Source: a virus
Lineage: Duplodnaviria; Caudoviricetes
Virus record (IMG/VR): IMGVR_UViG_3300036783_000128
Span: 1-36,892 of that record
Reading direction: 5' to 3' (one strand)
Length of the DNA stretch: 36,892 bases
Position 1 is the first letter of the stretch. The number at the start of each line of letters is the position of its first letter. Position numbers and translations under genes: made by a program. Positions 6,523 to 16,805 of this stretch are shown in pieces. The notes beneath the pieces were generated by a model. That model was not told the origin of the DNA. It made no database searches and saw nothing but the letters and a program-made list of their open reading frames with translations.

Positions 6523-6771
6523 ATGCTGATCTATACAGTTGTGATGTGGGACTATGCTGATACGGATATTATGTTAGCTACCACAGACAGAGAGGAAGCG
6601 TTAAAAGAGTTTGAATCATGCGTTGCATTCTCTTTGCAGGTTTGGGAAAAAGGTGAAGTGTTAATTGAAATGATTAGTAACGAAGGTGAATATTTTGCGG
6701 ATGGTGGATTAGAAAGATATCCGGAAAAAGGACAACAGTTATTTAATGAGATAGTAGAACAGTTACAGTAG
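6523..6771 (+). CDS. 82-aa acidic hypothetical protein
   Basis: GAGGTGA RBS; downstream terminator. Confidence 0.7.
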   Translation: MLIYTVVMWDYADTDIMLATTDREEALKEFESCVAFSLQVWEKGEVLIEMISNEGEYFADGGLERYPEKGQQLFNEIVEQLQ

Positions 6772-6882
6772 CGAATTCGCTGCTTTTTTATTTTTAAAAA
6801 AAGAACCTGCAAACCTGCAGATTCTCCTGACAATGATTTATATAAGTGAGACTCGAAAATGAATTCAAGAGTGTTTGTTAAT

Positions 6883-7104
6883 TCAATCTGTTCTATAATC
6901 ATTGTTTCTAATTTTCTTTTTTATATCTAAAAATCCTATAAGCATAATTGTTATCAATACTAATTTAGTCCAATGAAATTCTTGATGGGACATTAGTCCA
7001 TAGAAGAATTCACAAGCGTATATTAGCCCAATGATCGGAAAGAACCAAAGAAAAAACCTTAAATCTCTTAAAGTGAATTTATAATTATTAATCTTTTTCC
7101 ACAT
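6883..7104 (-). CDS. Small membrane protein (two TM)
   Basis: 73 aa hydrophobic; AGGAG RBS. Confidence 0.65.
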   Translation of the reverse strand: MWKKINNYKFTLRDLRFFLWFFPIIGLIYACEFFYGLMSHQEFHWTKLVLITIMLIGFLDIKKKIRNNDYRTD

Positions 7105-7116
7105 ATGTATCAGCTC

Positions 7117-7320
7117 CTATTGTTCTGGTGTTCTGTAGTTTTTCTTGATGATATCTCGCATGTTTAAGGTAAAGAATATAAGGAAAATCAAGGCTATGAT
7201 GCCGTTAACCCAGTAGTATGTATGTCCCGTTGTGAATCCAGTATAGAAAGAAAGTGAATTCCAAATTAAAAGGATTGTTGAACAGATAGTAGAGGTTAAT
7301 AATGAACCAAAACTTCTCAT
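7117..7320 (-). CDS. Small membrane protein (two TM)
   Basis: GAGGTGA RBS; C-terminus IIKKNYRT resembles the neighbour's IRNNDYRT. Confidence 0.65.
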   Translation of the reverse strand: MRSFGSLLTSTICSTILLIWNSLSFYTGFTTGHTYYWVNGIIALIFLIFFTLNMRDIIKKNYRTPEQ

Positions 7321-7443
7321 GATTGTCACCTCGATTCAAAATGTTAGAACTTATTTACAATTTTACATTTAAATAATTAGATTTACAATGATAGGATGTA
7401 TTAAAACCATTTAAAGGGATTACCATGAAGAGGAGTTAGATAA

Positions 7444-7674
7444 ATGAAACTAACTGAACTAACTAAACAAGAACAGATGGTTGTTATCGGCAATTTAATA
7501 AATAATGTTATTGGTGTGGAGTTAGTAAAACAACGCATTGATGATCAGAAGTTAGAAAAAGCTATATCAATGCACAACGAAATGAACGATGACATGACGC
7601 CAAAGCAAACGCGAGAGGCGTTTATTAGTGTGTTAGATAAAACAATTGATGAGTTTTTAAAAGCCGATGGATAA
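7444..7674 (+). CDS. Hypothetical protein
   Basis: 76 aa; GAGGAG RBS. Confidence 0.7.
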   Translation: MKLTELTKQEQMVVIGNLINNVIGVELVKQRIDDQKLEKAISMHNEMNDDMTPKQTREAFISVLDKTIDEFLKADG

Positions 7675-7724
7675 AAGTTAGACAAATTACTTCCTATTAT
7701 ATAGAAGGTGGTGGGTGATATGAA

Positions 7725-8459
7725 GTGAAACAAAAACACGAGTTAGCTCAAGAAGATTACATGCAAGGAATGAAGTACAAAGATATAGCTGAGAAACATG
7801 AGGTCAGTGTAAACACCGTAAAGTCATGGAAGACCAGGTACAAATGGGACAGAAAAGGTGTGCACACAAAAGATGAAAAAGTACGCACACAAAAAAAGAC
7901 AGGTGCACCCATTAATAATAAGAATGCTGTAGGAAACTCTGGTAATAGAAATCCTAAATGGGGTAATAAGAATGCTGTGGGTCATGGTGCTCCAAAAGGG
8001 AACCATAACGCTATGACGCATGGATTATATGCAACTGTCGTTTATGAGCACTTATCTGATGAAGATAGAGTGCTATTTGATTTGTCTCAGGATATAGAAG
8101 GGCAAGAACAAGAGTTACAAGTAGCTCGTTTTAAGTTAGCCAAACTAATACAAGATCAGAAGGAACACAGATTAAAAGGTATGGCGGTATCGGGTGACGG
8201 CGCTTATTCCTATACATTAAGAGATGACTTTTACACAGATGCTATTAACAAAGCGCTTGATATGATTTCCAAAATTGAAACTCGTATCGATAAATCAAAA
8301 TTAGAGCGTGAAAAGTTGCAAGCACAGTTAAGTAAAATGAGGGCAGAAACAGAGTTTATAGAAGAAAGAATTAAACTGCTGAAAGGTCAAAAGAAAGATA
8401 CTTCATTACTCGATGCATTAATAGAGGGGCGTAAACAATATGAGCAAAACAGCGATTAA
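7725..8459 (+). CDS. terS: Terminase small subunit
   Basis: N-terminal HTH (YKDIAEKHEVSVNTVKSWK); GAPxxNxNA repeats; overlaps terL. Confidence 0.85.
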   Translation: MKQKHELAQEDYMQGMKYKDIAEKHEVSVNTVKSWKTRYKWDRKGVHTKDEKVRTQKKTGAPINNKNAVGNSGNRNPKWGNKNAVGHGAPKGNHNAMTHGLYATVVYEHLSDEDRVLFDLSQDIEGQEQELQVARFKLAKLIQDQKEHRLKGMAVSGDGAYSYTLRDDFYTDAINKALDMISKIETRIDKSKLEREKLQAQLSKMRAETEFIEERIKLLKGQKKDTSLLDALIEGRKQYEQNSD

Positions 8460-9717
8460 GTTTTCGCCTAAACAGTTAGAAGTTATCTATCGGCCATATA
8501 ACTACACATTTGATGTGCTAGAAGGAACGCCCAGATCAGGGAAGACAACAGCGGGGCACTTTCGCTATGCTGATTATTTAACTTGGACAAGGGATACAAA
8601 CCATTTAATCACTGCATATAACCAGGAGCAAGCATATCGCTTATTTATCGATGGCGATGGCACTGGGTTACAGCATATCTTTGGTAATCTTGCTGAGATT
8701 AAGCACGATGAGCACGGCTCACACCTTTCAGTACACACGCCTAATGGAGTTAAGAAAATCTATTATAAGGGCGGGGGAAAAAGTAACAGTGTCGGCGCTA
8801 TAACGGGTATGTCGCTGGGTAGTGTAGTGTTTTGTGAAATTAATCTGCTTAATATGGGAATGATTCAAGAGTGTTTTCGTCGTACATTCGCCGCTCAAGA
8901 TCGTTACCATTTAGCGGACTTGAACCCACCTGCTCCACATCACCCAGTTATTTCAGAAGTATTCGATGTACAGAATACACGTTGGACTCACTGGACGATA
9001 CAGGATAATCCGATTATTACCGAGGTACGTAAGCAAGAGATATATGACATACTCTCAAAGAATCCTTATTTATTAGAACGAGATTGGTACGGTAAACGCG
9101 TAATGCCGCAGGGTGTTATTTACAGTATGTTCGATATGAATAAAAACGTTGAACACGCTGTACTAGGAGAACGTTTTGAAATGTTCTTTTCTGCAGATGG
9201 CGGCCAATCGGATATGACGTCATGTAGCTGTAATATAGTAACGCGATTCAAAGATAAGTTTAGACTTATGCGAGTCGCTAACTACTGTCATAGCGGAGCG
9301 GAAACGGGACAAGTTAAAGCGATGTCCATATATGCAAAAGAAATAAAGATGTTTATAGAATGGTGCGTTAAACGTTATGAAATGCGCTATACAGAAGTAT
9401 TTGTCGATCCTGCGTGTAAGTCTTTAAGAGAAGAACTTCATTTACTAGGGATCAATACAACGGGAGCAGATAACAACGCTCACGATGTAAAAGGATCTAC
9501 AAAAGGGATTGAAGTCGGCATTGAGAGACTTCAAAACTTAATGACAAATGAACAGTTTTATATCGTTGAAAATGACGAGTACGATCATTATCACTTCTTA
9601 AAAGAAATTGGTATGTACGTAAGACAAGATAACGGTACTCCGATTGATAATTATAACCATCAACTCGACGAATGCCGTTACAGTACAAATTACTTCTATA
9701 ACAACTATGTAAAATAA
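8440..9717 (+). CDS. terL: Terminase large subunit (PBSX type)
   Basis: Walker A GTPRSGKT; DLNP motif; nuclease VDPA and NHQLDECRY. Confidence 0.93.
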   Translation: MSKTAIKFSPKQLEVIYRPYNYTFDVLEGTPRSGKTTAGHFRYADYLTWTRDTNHLITAYNQEQAYRLFIDGDGTGLQHIFGNLAEIKHDEHGSHLSVHTPNGVKKIYYKGGGKSNSVGAITGMSLGSVVFCEINLLNMGMIQECFRRTFAAQDRYHLADLNPPAPHHPVISEVFDVQNTRWTHWTIQDNPIITEVRKQEIYDILSKNPYLLERDWYGKRVMPQGVIYSMFDMNKNVEHAVLGERFEMFFSADGGQSDMTSCSCNIVTRFKDKFRLMRVANYCHSGAETGQVKAMSIYAKEIKMFIEWCVKRYEMRYTEVFVDPACKSLREELHLLGINTTGADNNAHDVKGSTKGIEVGIERLQNLMTNEQFYIVENDEYDHYHFLKEIGMYVRQDNGTPIDNYNHQLDECRYSTNYFYNNYVK

Positions 9718-9729
9718 GGCGGTGATAAC

Positions 9730-11244
9730 GTGTTTAAAAGTATCGCCAATGCGGTTAGGAGGCTTTTAAATAAAATGGGACTATTAAAAGGAATTAAAAA
9801 AGTCACTGACAATAGAAAAATCACCATCGACGAGGAGTCGTACAAGCAAATAGATATATGGAAGGCTATCTATAGCGGTCATTTCGCTGAATGGCATAAC
9901 TTGAAATACCAAACGATTGAAGGTCAGAAGCAACGTAAAATGGCATCGCTCAATATGGCTAAAGTCATTACACAAGAGATGTCTTCTCTTATCTTCAATG
10001 AGAAATGCTCTATTAATATCTCTGACGAACAGTTATTTAAAGAGATTAAGAATGTTTTAGATGACAATAACTTCAATAGAGAGTTCCAAAAGTACCTTGA
10101 ATACATGTTATCGCTTGGTGGCATGGTTATCAAAGTGTATCACGACGGCGATATTAAGTTATCATTCGTTACTGCTGATTGTTTCGTACCTGTGTCATGG
10201 GATAACAGTAAAGTAACAGAGGGTGTATTTATTAACGAGTCTACAAAGGCAGGTAAATACTACACGCTTTTAGAATGGCATTTACTCGAACATGACGAAG
10301 AAGGACAGAAGCAGCATGTAATTAAAAACGAACTGTATGTAAGCCGTAATAAAGGTGAATTAGGCGTTAAAACAGAGTTAAAAGAACTGTATGAGAACTT
10401 AGAAGATGAGGTTAGGATAAATGACTTATTCCGTCCTACATTCGTATACTTCAGACCGAATACAGCGAATAATCTTGATTTATATTCTCCACTTGGCATC
10501 TCGATGTATGCGAACTCACTTGATGTATTGAGATCTCTTGATATTGCATTCGATAGTTTCCAAAGGGAATTCGTATTAGGAAAGAAACGTATTATTGTCC
10601 CTGCTTCTGCTATCAAACACGTTGTTGATCCTATTTCCGGGATGTCGCATCGTTACTTTGATTCTACCGATGAGGTATACGAGGCAATGAAGCTTGAAGG
10701 TGATCAGCGTATCCAAGATATTTCGGTAGAATTGAGAGTGGAAGAGCATACAGCTGCTATTAACGCTCTATTAAATTACTTGGCAATGCAAACTGGATTC
10801 TCTGCCGGGGCATTTAGTTTTGATGGTCAGGGAGTTAAAACAGCAACAGAGGTTGTGAGTGAGAACTCTAAAACATTCAAAACGAAGCAGTCGCATGAAA
10901 CGATTTTAGAGGATTGTATCCGGGACTTAGTAGATGTCATCGTTGATATCGCTGCTTTATACAGCGAGTTCGACACTACTGAAGACTACGAAGTAACAGT
11001 GACGTTTGACGACTCTATTGCAGAGGACCAAACAGCAGAGATCAATAAGCAAGTTACGCTTGTTATGAATGGATTAACGACTAAAAAGTTAGCAATCATG
11101 AAGATACATGGTGTTTCTGAAGAAGAAGCGAAGAAAATTGTAGAAGAAATTCAAAATGAGAATAAGATGGTTATGCCTGAAGGAGTAGATTTCTTCGGCA
11201 TGAACAATAAACAACAGAATAATAGTTCAGGAGATGAAGGGTAA
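9730..11244 (+). CDS. Portal protein (SPP1 gp6 / A118-like)
   Basis: 504 aa after terL; SPLGIS and KTATEV motifs. Confidence 0.92.
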   Translation: MFKSIANAVRRLLNKMGLLKGIKKVTDNRKITIDEESYKQIDIWKAIYSGHFAEWHNLKYQTIEGQKQRKMASLNMAKVITQEMSSLIFNEKCSINISDEQLFKEIKNVLDDNNFNREFQKYLEYMLSLGGMVIKVYHDGDIKLSFVTADCFVPVSWDNSKVTEGVFINESTKAGKYYTLLEWHLLEHDEEGQKQHVIKNELYVSRNKGELGVKTELKELYENLEDEVRINDLFRPTFVYFRPNTANNLDLYSPLGISMYANSLDVLRSLDIAFDSFQREFVLGKKRIIVPASAIKHVVDPISGMSHRYFDSTDEVYEAMKLEGDQRIQDISVELRVEEHTAAINALLNYLAMQTGFSAGAFSFDGQGVKTATEVVSENSKTFKTKQSHETILEDCIRDLVDVIVDIAALYSEFDTTEDYEVTVTFDDSIAEDQTAEINKQVTLVMNGLTTKKLAIMKIHGVSEEEAKKIVEEIQNENKMVMPEGVDFFGMNNKQQNNSSGDEG

Positions 11245-12896
11245 TGGCACTCCCTCCTGAGAAGTTACAGCAACTCTCTATATTTGTAGTGGATATCTAC
11301 AATGCAATCGAAGAAGAGTTGCTTTTAAATATGGCCAGAATTCTCAAGTACGATAGGGAATTGCTATTAACTGCTGAGGATTTTACAGAATACCAACATT
11401 GGCGCATAGTTCAGCTAAATAAGTTGGGTAAGTTGAATCAACAACAAATGAATACAATCTCCCGTCATAGCGGTAAAACGGCTGAAGAAGTGCGGAAGAT
11501 GCTAGAAGGTGCTGGTTTTACTGCGATAGAACAACACGAGCCGTTATATCAGCAAGCAGTACAAGCAGGTAGTTTAGTTTCTGCTCCTGCGATGCATACG
11601 AGCGCCGCTCTAATCGGCACTCTTAACGCTTATGAGCAACAGGCATTAGATACGCTGAACCTTGTAAATACAACCATGTTGAAGCAGTCACAACAGGTTT
11701 ATCTAGATGTTTTAAATAAGACGGTAGGTAAACTACTGGGCGGTGTCATAACGCCACAACAGGCATTAAGACAGACCGTTTCTGAGTGGTCGCAGCGAGG
11801 AATCCCTGCTCTGATTGATAAAGCGGGGAGAAGATGGGGAGTAGAAGGATACGTTAGTATGTGCGCTCGGTCTACAAGTCAAAACGTAGCTAATGGTATG
11901 CAAGACGAAAGAATGCGGGAGTACAAAGTAGACCTATGCGAAGTATCCAGTTACCCAGGAGCACGACCGAAATGCTTTGAAGATCAAGGTAAGATTTACA
12001 GTTTGAGTGGCAAACATCCTAAGTACAAGCCTTTAAGTAGTACAAGCTATGGTGAACCTGATGGGCTATTCGGTATAAATTGCTCACATATTCGTTATCC
12101 ATACATTGAGGGGTTATCTACTCAAAGGTATTTCCCACATGAGGATATAGAAGAGAATCGCAGGATTTACAAGCAAAGCCAACAGCAGCGAGCGTTAGAA
12201 CGTCAGATTAGAAAAGCGAAAAGAGAAGTAAAGGTTATGGAAGCGTTAGGCGATACAGAAGGCGTGAAAGCAGCGAAAACCAAGGTATCACAACACCAAG
12301 CAGCTATGAGAGGGTTCATCAAAGAAACAGGTCGTAAACGTCAGCAGAATCGAGAACAAATAGAACCATTAAGCAATAATGAAAAAGAACAATTGAACAA
12401 TTTTAATAATGGTTTAGGAAATGTGAATAAAGAAGTTAAGATTCCACCGTCTACATTAAAGCATTCTGGCGTGGGAGATTTTACTAATCCTAAAAATCCG
12501 AAAAAAGAAAAGATCGGCAACATGAGAGGTGGAGGGCATGGTCAATCTAATATTGAACTATTAAAGGACCATGTAATTGAGTACAATATAGTTGAGGTAC
12601 TACCTAATGGTGTAAGACTGGGAAATATCCCTAGCCATAAAGAGAAGCCAAAGAAAACAGGAAAAGAACAATCATGGTTTCCTGAATCATGGACTGATCG
12701 AGACATCAATGAGGCAGCGGCATATGTTGCTAATCTGCAAGATAAAAATAAATATCTTCTTGAAGAGACTCCATACATTATAAGAAAGTACGCTAATTAT
12801 AATGGTGTTACAATCGCTATTGTGTATGATAAAAAGAGACACTCAGTAACTACTATATTCCCTGATGGAATACAAAGATTGTTAGGAGGTGGATGA
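11244..12896 (+). CDS. Minor capsid (MuF-type) protein fused to a C-terminal EndoU-like RNase toxin
   Basis: GARPKC...GINCSH...REQI minor-capsid motifs; ~177-aa extension with H...GGGH...SWFPESW...TIFP. Confidence 0.82.
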   Translation: MALPPEKLQQLSIFVVDIYNAIEEELLLNMARILKYDRELLLTAEDFTEYQHWRIVQLNKLGKLNQQQMNTISRHSGKTAEEVRKMLEGAGFTAIEQHEPLYQQAVQAGSLVSAPAMHTSAALIGTLNAYEQQALDTLNLVNTTMLKQSQQVYLDVLNKTVGKLLGGVITPQQALRQTVSEWSQRGIPALIDKAGRRWGVEGYVSMCARSTSQNVANGMQDERMREYKVDLCEVSSYPGARPKCFEDQGKIYSLSGKHPKYKPLSSTSYGEPDGLFGINCSHIRYPYIEGLSTQRYFPHEDIEENRRIYKQSQQQRALERQIRKAKREVKVMEALGDTEGVKAAKTKVSQHQAAMRGFIKETGRKRQQNREQIEPLSNNEKEQLNNFNNGLGNVNKEVKIPPSTLKHSGVGDFTNPKNPKKEKIGNMRGGGHGQSNIELLKDHVIEYNIVEVLPNGVRLGNIPSHKEKPKKTGKEQSWFPESWTDRDINEAAAYVANLQDKNKYLLEETPYIIRKYANYNGVTIAIVYDKKRHSVTTIFPDGIQRLLGGG

Positions 12897-12897
12897 T

Positions 12898-13206
12898 ATG
12901 GATTGGTCCAGATCTAAAGAAATCCTTTCTAATCGAATCGAAATAGCTGACCATGGTGCTGGAATGAGCCCGCTTGATGAATGGTGGGAAGAGATGCCTC
13001 AAATTCTTTCTAAAGACCAAAGTGAAACAGAGAAATTCCTCGAAGAAAGATCAACCAAAGAACTATATTTTTTGAGTGAACTATTTGAGGATATAGCTTA
13101 TGGATTTAAAACAGATTCTTTTATAGGGTTCCTGAAAGAACTACACTTGAAACATCCAGATGCAGAAATGGAAGAACAAATTAAAGAAGCAGAAGAAGTT
13201 ATTTGA
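12898..13206 (+). CDS. Probable cognate immunity protein
   Basis: Small acidic ORF directly after the toxin; AGGAGGT RBS; sits between minor capsid and scaffold. Confidence 0.72.
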   Translation: MDWSRSKEILSNRIEIADHGAGMSPLDEWWEEMPQILSKDQSETEKFLEERSTKELYFLSELFEDIAYGFKTDSFIGFLKELHLKHPDAEMEEQIKEAEEVI

Positions 13207-13248
13207 AAACGCACTTACTAAGTAAAAATAGTAAGTGCGTTTTATTTT
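13207..13248 (+). terminator. Intrinsic terminator
   Basis: AAAACGCACTTACT...AGTAAGTGCGTTTT. Confidence 0.7.
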
Positions 13249-13320
13249 GTCGGTTTATTCGTAGTCGACGCTATAAACAAAACGAAAGGACAAGTATTTA
13301 ATCCGAAAGGAAGGATATAT

Positions 13321-14004
13321 ATGGCGTTACAGAAAGAAACAGGTTATCAAGGACCTTTTAAACTTGAAGGATCATTACGATTAGATTTGCAATTCTTTGC
13401 TGAGGATGGAGATAGTGGAGAAGGAACCACAACACCAGCTGCACCGTCACAACAAGAAGGTGATAATGTTGGAAATCTAGAACCAACAGCAACACAGGAA
13501 CCTCCTAAAACATTCTCGCAAGAAGATGTAAACAATATTGCATCAAAAGAAGCGAAGAGAGCACAGGAAAAGTTGTTAAAACAGCTTGGTGTTGAGGATT
13601 TCAACAGCGCAAAAGATGGACTTGTAAAATTTCGAGAATATCAAGATTCTCAAAAAACGGAGCAAGAGAAGTTAAATGAGCAGTTAACAACATATCAAAA
13701 TCAAGTGAAAGAAAGCGAGAATGCTATTTTTTCTCTGCAAGCAGAAAATGCTGCGATTAAATCAGGAATTACAGAAGAAAAGAATTTAAATGCAGTTATT
13801 ACTCTAGCAAAAACAAAGGTTGGTGATGATGTAGACATTACAAAAGCTATCGAAATGGTCGTTGAAGAGTTTCCTCACTTTAAAGGTGTAGTGGAAGAAC
13901 CACCGGTGCCAGGAAAGCCGAAGCCTCAGTTTTCGAATGGTCAACACCAGCAACAAACGTTGACGGAATCTGATAAATGGAAAGCTGCTTTTGCACAATA
14001 CTAA
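13321..14004 (+). CDS. Capsid scaffolding protein
   Basis: LDLQFFAE and KTFSQEDVN motifs; coiled coil. Confidence 0.88.
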   Translation: MALQKETGYQGPFKLEGSLRLDLQFFAEDGDSGEGTTTPAAPSQQEGDNVGNLEPTATQEPPKTFSQEDVNNIASKEAKRAQEKLLKQLGVEDFNSAKDGLVKFREYQDSQKTEQEKLNEQLTTYQNQVKESENAIFSLQAENAAIKSGITEEKNLNAVITLAKTKVGDDVDITKAIEMVVEEFPHFKGVVEEPPVPGKPKPQFSNGQHQQQTLTESDKWKAAFAQY

Positions 14005-14032
14005 AATTTAAATAATAGGAGTGATTTATTAC

Positions 14033-14926
14033 ATGGCTACATTAAATTATGCTACGCAATACCAAGAAGCACTGGTTCAAAAATTCACGAAAGGGGCATC
14101 TTTTGGAGCGTTATACAATACACCGAATAACAACATTATCAAATGGACTGGCCCTAAAACGATTCAAATTCCAAGCATCAAAGTCGGCGGTTATACTGAC
14201 GTTGATCGCAATGTTGTCGGTGGGTACACTCGTCGCGTTGATAACTCTTTTGAGCCTAAGACATTAGGGCATGACCGTGAATTCAAAACGTTAGTAGATC
14301 CACAAGATATCGATGAAACGAATATGGCTATTTCTATCGCTAATATTACACGCGTATTCGTGAACGAAGAGTCAATCCCAGAGCATGACAAATACATGGC
14401 GTCTAAACTGTACTCTGAATTCACTGGATTCGGTAAAACAGCAGATGCTACTGCTCTTACAGCTGCTAATGTTCTAAGTGTGTTTGATCAGTTCATGTTA
14501 GAAATGGACGAAGCTGAAGTTCCACAAGAAGGACGTATCCTTTATGTAACTCCTGCTGTTAAAAAGTTGCTAAAAGAAGCAGAGCAAATTCAACGTACAC
14601 TTGACATAAAAGGTACTGGTGAAAATGCAATCAATCGTAACGTTTACTCTTTAGATGATGTAACGATTGTAACTGTACCTTCATCTCGTATGAAAACAGC
14701 TTACAACTTTACTAGTGGAGCTGTAGCTGATGCAGCTGCAAAACAAATCAACATGCTTTTAATTCACCCATTAGCAGTTGTGGCTCCACAAAAATATGAG
14801 TTTGTTGACTTAGATACACCTAGTGCGTCAACTGGCGGTAAATACCTTTACTATGAGCGCAAATACTGGGATGTATTCTTACTACAAGCAAAAGCTGCTG
14901 GTGTAAAATTCAATATTACTGCATAA
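14033..14926 (+). CDS. Major capsid protein
   Basis: Follows the scaffold; ~297 aa; HDR...VDPQDIDET motif; terminator follows. Confidence 0.9.
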   Translation: MATLNYATQYQEALVQKFTKGASFGALYNTPNNNIIKWTGPKTIQIPSIKVGGYTDVDRNVVGGYTRRVDNSFEPKTLGHDREFKTLVDPQDIDETNMAISIANITRVFVNEESIPEHDKYMASKLYSEFTGFGKTADATALTAANVLSVFDQFMLEMDEAEVPQEGRILYVTPAVKKLLKEAEQIQRTLDIKGTGENAINRNVYSLDDVTIVTVPSSRMKTAYNFTSGAVADAAAKQINMLLIHPLAVVAPQKYEFVDLDTPSASTGGKYLYYERKYWDVFLLQAKAAGVKFNITA

Positions 14927-14985
14927 GAGAGGCTTTTATAGCTTCTCTTTTTTATATCACCATATAAGAGAGAGGGATGTTGTAA

Positions 14986-15264
14986 ATGAGTAACGTTGTA
15001 AAAGTAAAAAAATTAAATAAAACACTGCATATTGATGAGGGGCGTCTAGATAGCTACTTGTTAGATGGCTACGACCAAATCGAAGAAGATGGCACGATTA
15101 TCACTCGCGCTACAGGCGGACGAAATGTTTCGTTGGCTGAATTCAATGGTGTCTTAGCCGAAAAGGATGAATTAGTAGTCGAAAACGAAAAGCTAAAATC
15201 CGAAAATAGCAAACTAAAAGCTGAAAACTCTAAACTGAAGAAGAGTGAACCAGCAGAGAAGTAG
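14986..15264 (+). CDS. Hypothetical head-associated protein
   Basis: 92 aa; C-terminal coiled-coil repeats. Confidence 0.7.
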   Translation: MSNVVKVKKLNKTLHIDEGRLDSYLLDGYDQIEEDGTIITRATGGRNVSLAEFNGVLAEKDELVVENEKLKSENSKLKAENSKLKKSEPAEK

Positions 15265-15272
15265 GTGATTAC

Positions 15273-15680
15273 ATGTCTTATATAGATGTTGATTACTACC
15301 GTAACGATTATGAAGGAACTCCGGTAGATGATGATGAGATGTTAAAACGCATGATCAAGAGAGCTTCTGATGTAATCGATCAAATAACGGGTTATAAATT
15401 GCAGTTGAGCGGCGTTAGTTTCGATGTTTTAGCGCCGTTTATTAAAGAGCAGGTAAAGAAAGCAACTGCTGCTCAAACGGAGTATATCGCTTTATATGGC
15501 GAAACCTCTTCTAATACTATGATCGATACACCTGTTATGCAGGTTGGTAAATTTCGTTATGGATTATTGCGAGGTGGTAAGTCTGAAGGAGGCGGCATTG
15601 ACGCCCGGTTTGCACAAGGCGCAATCTCTGCTCTGGTTCCTACAGGATTACTTTATGCGGGGGGGACAGTAAATGATTAA
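15273..15680 (+). CDS. Head-tail connector/adaptor
   Basis: Position; RASDVID and VKKATAAQ motifs. Confidence 0.75.
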   Translation: MSYIDVDYYRNDYEGTPVDDDEMLKRMIKRASDVIDQITGYKLQLSGVSFDVLAPFIKEQVKKATAAQTEYIALYGETSSNTMIDTPVMQVGKFRYGLLRGGKSEGGGIDARFAQGAISALVPTGLLYAGGTVND

Positions 15681-16029
15681 TGTTATTCCTATTCCATTGC
15701 ATATGCTCATCCATACAGTTGAGTATCACGAATATATTGAAGACGGCGACATTTGGGGAGGCTCATCCGCTTCCTACAAACCATCCGTCATAATCAAAAG
15801 AGTGCGAGTGCAACCTAATGAAAAGGTGTATAACGCAACTACTGGAGATAGTGTGACGTTTCAGTCGATATTATTCCATGACTCTATTAACTCGGAATTT
15901 CCTAATCAGATTTTCAAAGAGAAGTCGAAAATCGTGTGGAACGGAAAGGAAATGTACATTAAAGAAGTTGAGCCGCTTTATACTACAAATCCTAACAGAC
16001 CGCACCACACGGAAATATACCTTCAATGA
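15673..16029 (+). CDS. Head closure / minor capsid protein
   Basis: Position; C-terminal HHTEIYL. Confidence 0.72.
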   Translation: MINVIPIPLHMLIHTVEYHEYIEDGDIWGGSSASYKPSVIIKRVRVQPNEKVYNATTGDSVTFQSILFHDSINSEFPNQIFKEKSKIVWNGKEMYIKEVEPLYTTNPNRPHHTEIYLQ

Positions 16030-16376
16030 TTAGGGTTAACGTTAGAGTTGACACTTGTCAAATTGAATCAAAGGTTATGGAGGCTACACAAAAGGCTCAA
16101 TTCGCATTAGATGAACAAGTGCTGAAGGATAGCAATTACTATATACCAAAAGATACTGGTGAATTGGAACGTTCTGGCATTCGATTTAGCAGGCCGGGAG
16201 AAGGTCATATTGAATGGAATACTCCCTATGCACGGAGGATTTTTTATGGTGTTAACTTTAACTTTTCCAAAGACAGTAACCCTAATGCGAGGGCGCTGTT
16301 CTTCGAAGAGGCTAAGGCGCGCAATGTAAGAGATTGGGCTAGATTAGTAGAGCAAACAATGAAAGATAATCTGTAG
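16026..16376 (+). CDS. Neck / minor capsid protein
   Basis: YIPKDTGEL...TPYARR motif. Confidence 0.78.
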   Translation: MIRVNVRVDTCQIESKVMEATQKAQFALDEQVLKDSNYYIPKDTGELERSGIRFSRPGEGHIEWNTPYARRIFYGVNFNFSKDSNPNARALFFEEAKARNVRDWARLVEQTMKDNL

Positions 16377-16384
16377 GTGATCAC

Positions 16385-16801
16385 ATGAAATGGCTTATTG
16401 AGAGTGTGATTAAGCATTTAAATACACTGCCACAAAGTGTTATATTCGCTCGTATCAAAGCAAACAACCTTGACGTCGGCACAGATGGTAAGCCGCGCAA
16501 GAGTATAGCCGTACGGATTATTCCATCCGTTCCGGGTGAACAGTACTTTGACGGCGAGACAATCCGTAAACAGTTTCAAATACTCGTTAAAAGCGAGAAC
16601 GAATTAGAAGCAATGGAAAGTATAGATGCAATCGCAGAGGCTCTTCATAACTCTCACAGACGCACTTTTTACAGTATAGATAGTTCTTATACTCTGATTA
16701 GTCTAGTGAAGTATGTAGAGCCTAATTTCGTTGATAGAAACGCTGCTAACGAGTCTATATTTACAACGCTATTCACTACCGAACTAGTAAAGGGAGGATA
16801 A
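16385..16801 (+). CDS. Tail terminator / minor capsid protein
   Basis: Position before the tail tube gene. Confidence 0.68.
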   Translation: MKWLIESVIKHLNTLPQSVIFARIKANNLDVGTDGKPRKSIAVRIIPSVPGEQYFDGETIRKQFQILVKSENELEAMESIDAIAEALHNSHRRTFYSIDSSYTLISLVKYVEPNFVDRNAANESIFTTLFTTELVKGG

Positions 16802-16805
16802 CTTA

